A stretch of 63,757 nt of DNA, filler included, from Platydemus manokwari (lineage: Eukaryota): NCBI GenBank assembly GCA_037951405.1. It is 6 parts of 6 records of this genome, joined end to end, with 100 filler letters (N's around TTAATTAATTAA, not from the genome) between each part and the next. Parts side by side here need not be neighbours in the genome. Positions count along the whole stretch, not along the records: positions 9,318 to 23,609 come from JBBMOY011488083.1; positions 23,710 to 32,886 come from JBBMOY011287428.1; 4 more parts are not named here. One strand, 5' to 3'. Below, in pieces: positions 11,791-24,648 of this stretch. The notes below the pieces were generated by a model that worked only from the letters and a program-made list of their open reading frames with translations, made no database searches and was not told the DNA's origin. Numbering within the stretch: position 1 is the stretch's first letter; each line of letters opens with the position of its first letter. The position numbers were made by a program, and so were the translations under genes.

Positions 11791-13824
11791 AATATTGATT
11801 GAATTGGGATTTGACTCCTTGGATCGCAGATGGGAATCTCTACCGACATCAGGCGTCAAAATCCACGCTCCAGCTTTGGGTAGCCCAATTTTCCCATGAT
11901 TTCATTACTATTGCCGCGGGTTTAACTGTTGGTGTTCCGGATCTTTCGGGTCTCTGTTTTGGGAGTGTTTTTGGTCTTTTGAACTCCAATGGTTTGTTTT
12001 GCTGCGGCTGTTTTTGGGACAGCTGTTGTTGCTGTTTTCGGTACAGCTGTTGTTGCTGTCTCCATTCACTATATTTTTTATCGAATATGGGATTTTCTCG
12101 TCCTCACTCTCTTCACTATCTGAATAGAGCACAAGACGTTCCATGCTATCCCAACATAATGTATAATTTAAGGAGAAACTGTAAATGTTATTTATTTATA
12201 GAAATGTAGTAATAATTTTATTTCTGAGAAATATAACAATTATGGTTTGAATTTTTATTCTTTTACAAAAGACTTCAAAATTTTATCTCGTATTTAATTC
12301 TGCAAAGATTAAAAATAAGTTAAAAATAACAACTAAAATTTCTGAAAATTACAAATATAGCCCGATTAATTAATTATCCAGAATAATTGTAGAAAAAACC
12401 TAGAAACCATTAAAAACGAGAGTAGCTAGCAATAGAATTCAAATCTCGCAGATCCGTCATTGACAATATCAAACCAATCCAAAACGCATATAAGACAACT
12501 CTTCCATTATAAATTGACCATTAAAGGAAGGAAATCACCAACGAAATTATTCAGAAAAGATCGATAGAAGAAATTATTCGAGTATTCATTCAATTTTTGC
12601 CACAGCCTTCTATGTCCAGCTGCTAACTGGAAATTTTTTCCCAAAAGAGTTTCAAGTTTTATGCATAAAAATTCCAAAAAAAATGAAATAATTATAAGTC
12701 ACAAAAAAATAACTGAAGATGTGTAGGAATCTAGAAATAGACTAAAAAATATATAAAATTTATAAAAAAGATGATTAGTCAGAAAGGGAGAGAAGAAGTA
12801 TAAAAGAAGAGTAATGATTTTACAACAATTTCTTTACAAAAGCCCATTATTAGCATAATCAATAGCTCAATATTATTCAAAGTTATATAAGACTATCGAA
12901 AATCGATTTAAAGTGGAAGATCCCCACAGTTACTCTACAGAAATAAGATTATAATTATTGATTATACATCCACAAACTATTCATAACAATTAGCTCTTCA
13001 ACGAAATTCTGTGCTCGGGAATATATAATGCCGTCCATAACCGATCAATGCAGCCCAAAAATTAAAAAATGGAAATTACGCGCAATCCATTATTCTGAAA
13101 TGTAACTTAGTTTTTATTAACAATATTAATTTAATAATCTTTTTATCATAAACGTTTCTGATCATTATTTTATTAAAAAGTGTCCTGGACCTTGTCCCAT
13201 CACTCAGTAATTAATTGAATAAGGTTCATTAAATTCCTAACCTTAATATTATATATATATAACCAACATTTAAAAATATATTTAGCGTTATATAACTCCA
13301 AAGATAACGATGAATATTTTTGAAAATATATAATTTAAACTATAGCAAATTGTTAGGCAACAACAAATTAAAACAATTATTAATTATCGATTGAAACTGT
13401 TAGCCGCTACTATTTTATAAAACTATTTAAAAGACATGGCACCAAATTATTTATTTAAATACAATTATAAAAACAAATTAATATAATTTTATATAAAATT
13501 AAATATTTAAAAATTTAGTTCAATTTAAAATTCTCTCAGAAACAATAACCAGACGTTGTATATTAGATCATCTTTCTATCTACTTTATTTAATACAAAAT
13601 AAAGTTGATAATTTGAGGCATAAAATAAATTCGTTGAACAGCCAGTTGACTATAGTAACTATTAATGCTGCTCTCTTAGTCTTCAAATTACCGATGGAAC
13701 CTGTGATAGACATATCGTTTGTAGGTTTTTGTTATAGCTGAGGCCTTAGGATATAAGATCACAAAGGATACTGGTCAACCCCTCAAAATTGTAATATTTA
13801 AAACTCTGACTCATAGTATAAAGC

Positions 13825-14378
13825 AGTGGTTTTCAACCAGGGTTGCACCAGTACACTATAGGGATTCCGCAATTTCTAAATTTATAAATTAGAACTTAAA
13901 CTAGAAATTCAGTTTCGAAAATTTGTTTTATTATTATCATTTCATTATTATTTTATTATTTATTGTTTAAATATACTAAATTTAACATAATTTAACTCGC
14001 TACATTTGGAGGATCACTTTGTCCTACTACAATTAGATTTGCTTTTAGATTTTCAGCTCTGACAACCATGAAACACAAGAAACGAGCACGATAGCTGCCT
14101 GTTGAAGATAAATTTCTTGTGTCTCTTAAAAACACGAACACATCTTAAAGAGGTGTGCAAGAAACACCAGGCTCAAATTTTCCACTGAGTTTTTAATAAG
14201 AATAAATTTAGTGTATTCAGACATGTACAGTTTTGTTTTCATTTCATCAACAAACATGTACAGCACTCTAAACATAAATACTTTTATATCATTTTAAAAA
14301 ATAAATGCTGTTTTCGCCTGAAAACAGTTAAATTGTTGTACAGGGGTTCCTCTTCAGCAAAAAGTTTAAAAACCACAG
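13825..14378 (+). mobile_element. Non-autonomous hAT (Buster-type) element with TIRs and 8-bp TSD
   Basis: Ends are CAGTGGTTTTCAACC...GTTTAAAAACCACAG, flanked by an identical GTATAAAG (13817-13824 and 14379-14386, central TA). The internal 'FSALTTMKHKKRAR' is a dimerisation-domain remnant. Confidence 0.93.
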
Positions 14379-15660
14379 GTATAAAGTATCGGTAAATTTG
14401 TAGAAAATAAGACCAATAAGGTCCAACTATAAAAAATTCAATATCCCTACTATAAAATGTTCGATTAGAATCAATAAAAATTAAATACATAATTCTTATA
14501 TTGTTCCTTCTTTGAATGGGAAAAACACATTTTATGCTCATTTTTATTATTTTTAATGAAACCCAGGGTTCTTGGAATCCAATACGTGGATTTTATTAAT
14601 TAACTAAATACATAAAGTTATGATTTTTCCGTTTTTCTTTAAATTTATATTTCCCAAATATATTCTGTTCAATTAGGTAAACTCTGATATTTCAAAATGC
14701 TCATTAAGATAGGAGCTATCTGTTGATTTGATATTATTTTACAAAATAATGACAGCCTCAGAGTGTGACTCTTAATGGTCACTATATCCTCTGAATAAAA
14801 TGAATGAGGATACTCCAACAAAATACTCATAATTAATATGGTAATAAGCGTGTGCAATAATTTTTTTGAGTGATCGTAAATGTGCGAATATTGAGATGAA
14901 ATACCGCATTTTTCTAGTGAAATTTTGTATAAATGGTCTTTGACTTTGTTTTGTATTTACAAAGGCAAAGCATATTAGTGTTTAAAATTTACTTCAATTT
15001 AGCATAATACTATTTTCGAAAAAATTCGCTAATTTGAAATCGATAAAATGTCCTTCATGCGTTTTATTTATTCATTTAAACAATGTTCTGTTTTTCTAGT
15101 GTGAAATTGATTTTTCTTGGAAATAACATTATTTTGTGTCGATAAATCATTCGTTAATATTAAATTGAATTCCTAATTTTGAGATTTTATCATTGGTTTA
15201 ATTGTTTTAAAAAATTTTAAATTATAAATCTATATTTACAAGGATGCTTATGCATCGAACTCCAACATGGAGGCAGTTTAGATATTTACAAAATCAATAA
15301 CAATTAATTAAACAAGTCTCAACGTAAAAGTTCATGACATTGTTGCACTATTAATAACCTATTTAATGATTTAGTGTAAAATGTGATATTATATTAATAA
15401 AGATTTTGATATCATGTCGTAGCCAACATAAATTTTGTATTTCCAGCTCCGCGACTTCAAGCAATATACATTATATTTGAGTTGACACTCTCTTATTAAA
15501 TATAAAATCATTCAGAAGAATACCGATCGATAGATCACAACTCGATTTTGGATTTTCATCTTGAATCCGAAAAGAAAAATTTCGATTTTAAACATTACAA
15601 TGCATTAGCATTCAAATTAACAGCGACTAACAAACAAAAATAAAAACTTATTCACTCGCG

Positions 15661-15705
15661 GTAACCATGGTAACAGTGAACCAATAATATTGCAGAAACA
15701 CCAAT
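15661..15705. promoter_or_regulatory. RFX X-box-like motif plus two CCAAT boxes
   Basis: GTAACCATGGTAAC (15661-15674) fits GTNRCC-N2-RGYAAC; CCAAT occurs at 15681 and 15701. No target CDS was identified. Confidence 0.4.
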
Positions 15706-15930
15706 CTAGTTTCCAACCATTAACCAAATCACAAACCCCATGGACACTGAAAAAATCAATAACCATTCAACGACTATGCGATAAAATCTCGAATATAAAC
15801 ATTAAAATCGATAAATAATAAATTCCTCCCAGATATTCGTAACGAAAATCACGAATGCCTAAATCGATTTGAAAAATGATCACCCAAGTACGATTTTAAC
15901 TAGCAAAAGAACATTTTTTATCAAATTAAA

Positions 15931-17129
15931 TCAACTTTGTGAAGGCTTTTTCCATTGTTTCGGATTTCCGTCTTTGTGGTGAGGAGCTTTTCTTTTAGCT
16001 GGTTTGCTTTTATTGGAATTTTTTCCTTCTTTCTTCTGGTCCTTCTGTTTGGGTTTACCTTTTGTGGGATTTAATGGGGCCATCAAATTAAACTCCATCT
16101 CATCCTGAACGCATTAAATCAATTAATATCACAAATATCATTTCCACAACTTCATTTTCATCGAGATCCTTTTCCCATTCGTCGAGATCATCTTGATTCT
16201 TAACGAATTCCTCGAGTTTTTCATCGGAAATCTCAAATTTCTCAACAATTTCTTCTGGGGCCTTTTCTGAGTTCTTTCCTTCTTTTTTCTTATCTTCTTT
16301 TTCTTTTTTCTTATCTTTTTTCTCTTTTTTGTTTTCTTCGTTTTCTTTTTCCTTTTTTTCGTTATTCTTTTTCCTTAAAGAAAAAACTAAATATATAAAT
16401 CATAAAAGAAATTATAATTACGGATTTTGCTTTTTCTCTTTCGTTATTTTTTGATTTTCAGTTGCAGGAGTTGAATAAACTTCTTTGGTTTCTTCATGTT
16501 TAATTTCACTCTCATTAACACCATATGGTAATGGAATCGATATTTGTTGTTTCTTCGTCTTGGTTTTGTTAATTTTCATTTTGCCACAAGTATTTCTATA
16601 CAATAAGACATCGACAAGTTCTTCCCAATCGTTATGTTTCGCACGAAATTCTGTTATTTCTTTATTTAATTGATGAAAAGAAAACAAACGAATAATAACT
16701 CTGTCTTCAAGCGACAATTTATCTCCTAATTGTTCTAGCTAGAAAATTAGATAACTAATGATCATCAGATTTGAAATAATTCATATACATCGCGAGTCTC
16801 ATATTTATTAGCAAAAATTCTTTTTGATAAAGAATCTAAATCAGCTTTCTCAAGAAATTCAACTTCGGCTTGCTTATGAGTTAATTTGTTAGATTGATCT
16901 TGACCTTTTGCTTTCTGTTTATGCTCTAATTTGTGGGCTTTCTTATTTAGCAATTTAATTACATGATACTAAAAATGTATCTTAAAAATTATGGTCTGAA
17001 ATTATAAATTACTTTGGCAGTTTTGGTAAGGGTTCTTATTTTTTTTATAAATTCAATTAGATTACTAAACTCAATTGAATAATTTTTACATGATGAATCA
17101 TTTATATCATAAGTTTCAATGTTAATCAT
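15931..17129 (-). CDS. SRFBP1: SRFBP1/Bud22-like nucleolar protein, 5 exons, ~336 aa
   Basis: Exons 17129-17013, 16968-16789, 16738-16422, 16373-16151 and 16104-15931 join in frame (1011 nt) via 44-50 nt GT-AG introns. The N-terminus FIKKIRTLTKTAKYHVIKLLNKKAHKL...EVEFLEKADLDSLSKRIFAN...SLEDRVIIRL..HQLNKEITEFRAKHNDWEEL resembles the SRFBP1 N-terminal region; the remainder is K/E-rich. Confidence 0.7.
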
Positions 17130-17576
17130 GTTTCAAATCGATTTAACTAAAAAATATTATTTAAACAAATATTTTTAAAAATATAAGCTTCCATGGTCCA
17201 GAATGAAGCAAAGTACTTTAACGTAAAAATTTATTCGAACTTAACATGAAAATATTTTACAAATTACAAATATTTTTGTTCAATCGAAATTTGTATACTC
17301 CAATTATTAAATTATTAATTAAATTATTTAAGCTTAAATAGAATTAATAAACTAAATTTATTGTAAATTTAAAATATATTAACATGATTTAATAAGTGAG
17401 ATTCGATCTTGCCCAAATAAACTACCAACTAATAAGCTTTATTGTAAATAAAAACGTTTTAAGTCAAAAATAATTGAGAATAGTTTTGATTCCAATGTAC
17501 TTGCCAAATTAAATATTGAAATTGAGTATTAATAATAAATGAAAAATATAAAAATTAAATTACAACTTTTAATTCA

Positions 17577-19187
17577 CTAAGTAACTCCGTTTCGCATAAT
17601 GGTTGTTCCTATTTCCCGCAAACTCGCTAATGAAAATGAATCATGCAAACATTTCAAACACATATCTATTTTCTTTGTAGATTCAGATATCAAATGACAT
17701 TTATACACAACTTTGCACCTGGTATTTGATGGAGATTGGCTAGAAGTTGATGAAAATGGACCCAATATTTTTATTATACAATCAGCCTTTTTACTAATTG
17801 ATTTTAGACGCCTATCCACTGGAGACAAATGCGATTTCACTAATTCGTCAAAAGGATCTAATAAAAATGATCTTACTAATCTTAGGTGATCATTTGGAAA
17901 TTTGTAATCAAATTTTGATAAATAATCTTTATTTTTTGCTAATAATAGCGGTTTCTGCCTTTTAAATTTATCCTCTTTATAACAAATTAGATCCCCCATC
18001 ATTTTATCATTGTTTTCGTTGTAACTTTTTGAATATGATTTATCAAAATTATTCGAGATAACATCCAATGTTTCTTTACATATTTTACTGTACCTTTTAG
18101 GTAATTTGTCATATGGTCTTTGAATTTCCTTCTTGGTACAAAAAGTTTCACGAAATCGTCGATGGTTTGATTTAACAATGGAGTGGTTTATTTTTGCTTT
18201 TGCATTGTCTAAATCTCTTATGAGATTATTTATCATTTCACAAATATCATTTCGGTATTTGTTATCGTTCTGGTGGTAAGTGTTTTCTTCGTCCAATAAG
18301 CTTAAATATCTTTTAACAAACTTTTCTTTTTTATCTAGTCTACTAATAATAATAAATTATTATTATATTTTAAATTTAGTTTAAATACTTTTTCGATACA
18401 AATCTTGGATATAGTTCGTTTTTTTCATGAAAATATTCCTAAAAATTAATCAATTTTTAAATCAATAGACTAGCAATACCTTGAACTTATTTTGTCGTAC
18501 AAACATCTTCAAGTCACTAGTATCAACAATTTTATCTTTGTTGCTTTTTATTTCCACTTCTTTCAACGATTTATTCAAAAATACAATTTTATCGTTTGAA
18601 ATATCTTTAATAGATGATTTCATACAAATTTCTCTCTTCCTATCTATGTTATTGATATCTATTTTATTGATATCTATTTTATAAAAAATGGGTTTAGATT
18701 TTGTGTAAGTTTCTGAGTGAAAAGCAATTTCATTATGAGGTGGAATGATCGATGTTTTATCGGAATTAGTTGAGTCATTAAAAATTACCTTACCAAATTC
18801 TTTATTTACAATTGTAAAAGTTCTAAAATGATCATCATTTTTGTTGTTGATTTTATTGTTATTTTTGTTTATTCTTGATAAAATACTGGTCATTTGTATC
18901 GATGTTTGATTGTCTTTCATTGACCGAGACTTTAAATAATCATTGTTTGACAACCCTAAATTGTTTTCAATTTGATTTTCAGAAATTCCTGAATTCCACA
19001 GATGTTTGATATTATTTTTTAAATTGTAATTCAATTTAGAAACCATTTTTCTCATTATATTTGGTTTTACTTTTATTGGATTATCACTGTATGAAGTTGC
19101 TCCATAATTTTTTTTCTCAATTTTTGCACATTTAAATGTACTTGTTTTATTCATACCATCGAATTCCATTTCTTTTAAAATATTCAT
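17577..19187 (-). CDS. Uncharacterised K/N/S-rich protein, 3 exons, ~507 aa
   Basis: ORFs 18462..19187 and 17577..18296 join through a 50-nt exon (18389-18438) with 41- and 46-nt GT-AG introns. Exons 19187-18480, 18438-18389 and 18342-17577 total 1524 nt in frame. No recognisable domain. Confidence 0.7.
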
Positions 19188-21533
19188 TTAGAAGACCATT
19201 AAATAATCTAAAAATTAAGATTGATCGAAATTAATTTTATAATTAAAGATTTTTTTAAAATAATCATTTAATTTCTATAGAATTAAACTTTGATTTTTTT
19301 AATAAGTTTGATTGCTTTAATTATAATTGCTCAACTATTTCAATCGGGTTATTTGTTCTGTTTGTTTTTTAAGTGATTGGAAATAAGATGTTTAGAAGGG
19401 AACTTTAATTTTGAATTAGTAACAAATAATAAGAAGCTATGCAATCGTAAATTATTAATTTTCAAATCTTGTATCGAAATCATGATTGGGTTTCCTGTAC
19501 TCTATGGGTTCATCAACTTAACACGGAGTTTAATTATTTGAGGCAGTAGATTATGCAATAATTTTTTGGGTACATCGCACAGAAGTTTGCAAAGCTATTA
19601 CATAGAGTTGAAATTTACTTCTAATGTATCTTCTCAAAAGTTATGATTATTTGTCATTACTATTTTAGTAAGACGAACTGAATTATATGTGAGGAGAGAT
19701 TCATCTTTTCACTATTTGAGTCATTGAGTTATTGTCTCTTCTTCGATTCTTAGAATATAAGAAGCTGTCTTCTCCAGTCTTTATTGCGAATTTTGAAGCT
19801 TTTAGAATTAATCTTCATCTTGATGATTCATGATCTTATTACCGGGATAAGTTTGAATTTTCATTTGTCTTCAGTTCTTTTAATATCCTTTTTGACTCAA
19901 GAGTAGGCAGTGCTTCTATTAGCTTAACCGATTTTTCGGCTAAAGTTAAAAAATAGGGTCCTAAATAAAATTTGGAGTGTATTTCAAAAATCTATATAGA
20001 TTAATTAATTAAATTCTTTAATTACATTTTGAATTTTTTATTTAAGTACTTGAGAATCAAATAATACATGCACATAATTTTTAAAATTTACTAAAGATTA
20101 ATTATTTGAAAAACGGGTCAAAGTAGGTCAGCATGCAATTAATTGAAAATTAGCGAGGACCCCTTCTTTTAACATTAGAAGCAATCAGAATGATATCTAA
20201 GATTTTTATGGTTATTGTATAAAAAAGTGACTTCGAAATTATTTAAAAGTGCCAGGAACAGCGTTCTTGTGTTTTCTGTCAAAATAAGTATATTAATATC
20301 TATTTAATAGATCGGATACATAGATTCCAAACATGTCGATGTTGTAATGAAATGAAGATTTGATTCAAATCAAATAAATCGTACAATTGAAGATTTCACA
20401 AATATATAAGAAGTTTCGGAATTCAAATAGGGCCTTGGTTCAACAATTCAGCCTTGTCCCTTTTCGACATTTTGCACAAAGTATTTTTGGTGAACGGGGC
20501 TCACATAAAAAATTATATTTAAAAATATATTTTATTTAGAAACCCATTAGTAAACTAACAATCAATAAATATTGACAATTTTATTAAAATAAAACCAACA
20601 ATTTAAAATTATTTATTGAAATACAACAAAATTTGTAGAAATATCTTGGCATCGAAATATAATTGTAAATCTAAATATCGTCTTAGAAATTGTCGAGGAA
20701 TGTGTTGAACTTGTCAAATATAGTAGCGGGCATCGAATACATGGTTTTTGATTGTTAGAGTTGATTTTTGGTTTTTAATCTAAAATTGAATTTTATGTAA
20801 AAATTTCAATAAAATATGATTACAAATAAATTCTAATATCAAATAACTCATTTAAAGTCATTACTTTAAATTGGGTCAAAGACTCTTCTTCTCAACTTAA
20901 GCCAGTTTTTGTTACAAAACATTTATCAAGATTTCAAACAGAATATAATAACAAACACTTTAGGTCTATTTTGATTTAATAACGTTTTTACGAAAATAGA
21001 TAGGTAAACTTAGTCACTAGAAAATGATTGCTGAATTTTTTCAATAAATCTTCTTTATAAATCTAGTGAGCCATGATGTTGAATATTAAAAAAACTAAAG
21101 GATAAAAAAATTTTATTGATCGATAACAAGTTCTGCTTGGCACTAATACAAATATCAAATAAAAAACACTCTTTTCTTCTATTGGCTTCAACTGGTAATA
21201 AGCATGTTTGCTGCGAAATTTCAAATCAAAAGCTTGTGAGTTTCTTGTGTTCAACAGCCATTCGATGTTTAGATTTTGTTTGCTATTTGCGTTTTTATTT
21301 ATTACACTAGATTTCCAAACGATTATGAGTTGTTTATTTAATTGATGATTTAGTCAAATGAATGAAAGTTTATTATTTGTCTCAAAATATAGATTATTCT
21401 TCAATTATCATGTGATCAACTAATTTACAATATGTGTGTTTAGTGTTAAATAATTCTTGAGTTTGAACTGCGTATTTGTTACTATTAGGCATTTTATGGT
21501 TTATTATCAATGTTGATTTTTTACATTGATTAT

Positions 21534-21655
21534 CACTGTCGAGTAACCAGTCTCGGTGGGTTCTTGTTAAGGCCACAGATGTAATCTATATTTTATTATC
21601 TATTCTTCGCTTTGCACAACCTTATTATGCAAACACAGTAGGTTTGGTAACAGTG
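21534..21655. mobile_element. ~122-bp MITE, CACT-terminated (copy 1)
   Basis: Reverse-complement homolog of 23055-23178; ends CACTG...CAGTG with AT on both sides. Confidence 0.65.
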
Positions 21656-23054
21656 ATGAAATAATTATGCAATAAATCATCTTCTATAGGAATATGAATA
21701 AATCACACAAGTAGAATACTAGCAAGGCAAAATCTAAAAATAGAATAATGATAAACGAAAATAAAAACTAAGGTTAAAAGACAAGTTAAATAGCAATCAT
21801 AAATATTGCGGCAATAAAAAGTACAATTTAATACCAAAATATTAATACAAAATAATAAAATAGAAACAAAGCATATACAAATAAGGTCAATAGCAGAAAA
21901 ACTGTCCTTAAAACGTCAAACAAAACTGCTTAATTCACAATTTTTTTGAGAAACGATGTTAACAATTGAATCGACAATTCAGAACTGGCAACTGTTAGTT
22001 GAAAATAGTAATCATTATGCTCAACATCAATTAAGAAAATTAATCAACTGTATATAAACCTTTTAGTGAGCCAAATTAAATAAGAAAAAAAAGCTAGGAA
22101 AGAGAAGAAACAAATAAATTGCTAGAAGACATCAACGCTTAATAAAAACTGGGAACCTATCGAGCAACTCTGATAAAACCAATTATAATAATCGGTCTAT
22201 TTGCAATTTGTAATCACATTGTGTGTTATTCAGACAATCGCGTGAAAACCATTCTCCAAGGCAAATCCAAAACTCCTTTGTAAGTAAGTTAATATTGTGA
22301 CTATTTAATTTCGCTATGAATTTCAGTACTTTGAGATTTAGATTGGATAGAAGACTGCCGATCATAAAGAACCAAATTGCATCTACTTCAAATTCTGTTT
22401 GGATAGGAATCTCTCTGGATATAATTCAATTGGTGTTCATGGTTTCAACAGCTCATTGATGTTGGCTGCTTATGTCACGGATGTTTGGGATATTGACTAT
22501 ATTGCATTGCATTTTGTATCAAAATTTGATGGGATCTCTGTGAATGGAAAACTGTAACTCTATACAGAAGTACTCTATTCCATACGACGCACTGAAGAAG
22601 ATCATCAAGTGCAGAAGACCAATTGTTCCTGTATATGCCCGGCATTTGCTGGAAGACCCAAAGTAAGACCATACCTGTAAAAAACTGATCTATATTATAT
22701 ACCGTATCTTGTATTTCCTATTATAGAGTTTTTGCACAAAGATCTTGAAGGTACAGGTTCTATTCCTTGAGTAGTTACCGTTCTTCTTCTTGAATTTGTA
22801 AGGTCCTTTATAAGTATAATTCGATAATTTGATGTATAGTGTAGTATTTAAATCCACTTGAATTTTATGTTGTTATTGTTAACCAGATTTGTATTGGTGT
22901 TAATTGCTAATAAATATTTGTAGCAATAAATCTAAGTCGTTATTCATATAGGAATTGTAAAACTGTTACCCATTATTATTAACACAGATAATAGTTTTAA
23001 ATAGTTATAGTTTTATTAAATTTGAGACTGATAGTTAAGTTAAGTAAAATATAT

Positions 23055-23178
23055 CACTACTGCCAAACCTATTGTCATCACACAATAAGGCTATGCGAGG
23101 TGAAAGAACAACAATATAAGGTAAATTACACCTGTGGCCTTAATCAAGAACTCATAGAGACTGATTAAGTCAGTAGTG
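23055..23178. mobile_element. ~124-bp MITE with CACTACTG...CAGTAGTG termini (copy 2)
   Basis: Perfect 8-bp TIR beginning CACTA; homologous over its full length to 21534-21655 in opposite orientation. Confidence 0.7.
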
Positions 23179-23609
23179 GTATTAAATAGGATTAAGCGTA
23201 TTCAAACAAAAAAATCAATAAGGCCTAAACGTAATACTGCTATTGTAGTCTCTTATTCCTTTATCTACTTCCCTTATTAATCCTACTAAATACATCATTG
23301 CTAATACTTGCACTGTTATAATAAATTTAGACTCTTGTCCCTTTGCTTTTTCTTTTATTACAGATATAAAAAAATGAAGTTTGCATAATCTCAATCTCAG
23401 TTATCAAAAGATACATTCAAATATCTAAACCCCAATCTTCTCATTCTCAATCAAATTATCAATAGTTGCACCCATGAAACATATCTCAATGCTGGAAAAT
23501 CGTAAATCTAAACTGGATGGTTGATATAGATGTAAGTGTATATTGTAGTAATTCATAACCATAGTCGTATAGTAGTACCGTATAAGTAGTAATTTATAAT
23601 CACCTAGTT

Positions 23610-23709
23610 NNNNNNNNNNNNNNNNNNNNNNNNNNNNNNNNNNNNNNNNNNNNTTAATTAATTAANNNNNNNNNNNNNNNNNNNNNNNNNNNNNNNNNNN
23701 NNNNNNNNN
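23610..23709. other. Artificial contig spacer
   Basis: 44N + TTAATTAATTAA + 44N. Confidence 0.98.
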
Positions 23710-24648
23710 ATAGTTACAGTCCAATCGATATCTGTAATACCTAATATGTAATCTGATAACCAGATAAATTAACAAATCAAAGAAAGAAGTGTCAATTTGA
23801 TTTGATTCTTATTTGATTTTTATTTATTGTTGTATTATTTATAAATATTATCTTCATTATTGATTGATTGCATTGACTGCAGTCGAGATTTGTTCAATGT
23901 ATTATTTTATCGATTATTAATTGCCTCAATGCTCACATTTATTCACATAATCCATAATCAAGGAGTATTCTGCAATTTTTACACCACTTACCCACAAATC
24001 AATCAGTTAATCAATTCAGAACTATTTGATCACATTTATTAATATTGTTTTTATCTATTAATATTAATGAAATCAACGTTTACCTTTATCACGTATATCT
24101 TTATACAATTCAGCTTGGATATTTCTAGCGATTATTATATTGAATGTCATAGAGCTATTGGGGCTATATACACATGACATCTCATATGTTAATCATCTGT
24201 ATCGATATACATCAATAATGATTGTATAGTCAAGTGTCTAGCAAAAACAACAATATTATTGATTGATGATTGGATGATTTAATAAATCTGTTGAACAAAT
24301 CTTTCCAATGATCGATAAACTCATAGATTTGATTGAATGATTAAAATTTCCTGTCTCGCCAATGAATTCCTTGTATTGATTGGCGTCATCCCATTCTGTG
24401 GACTATTTATTAAAGTATTTTATAAAAATATTAATGAGTGTCAAGAATATTTTCATGTAGCATTTTTTCAGTGGTTTTTATGATATTGAATGTTATTTAT
24501 TTCAAAATGCTAATATTTTTATAAACTGATATAATACGGCATCTTCTGGAATTGAAATAAGTTAATATTTTATTTATTTATTTGTTGCTTTTTTAAGTGA
24601 ATATTTTTATTTATTTTCAATCAATTTTCACATGTTTATTTCTACTAG

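Noticed and set aside
11799-12209. Cys-rich 136-aa ORF (CCGCFWDSCCCC)
   Set aside because: It is the antisense reading of a CAA/CAG-rich repeat in the opposite-strand ORF and has a non-ATG start.
12440-12660. Possible Gypsy RT N-terminal remnant (NIKPIQNAYK)
   Set aside because: Too short and degenerate to support.
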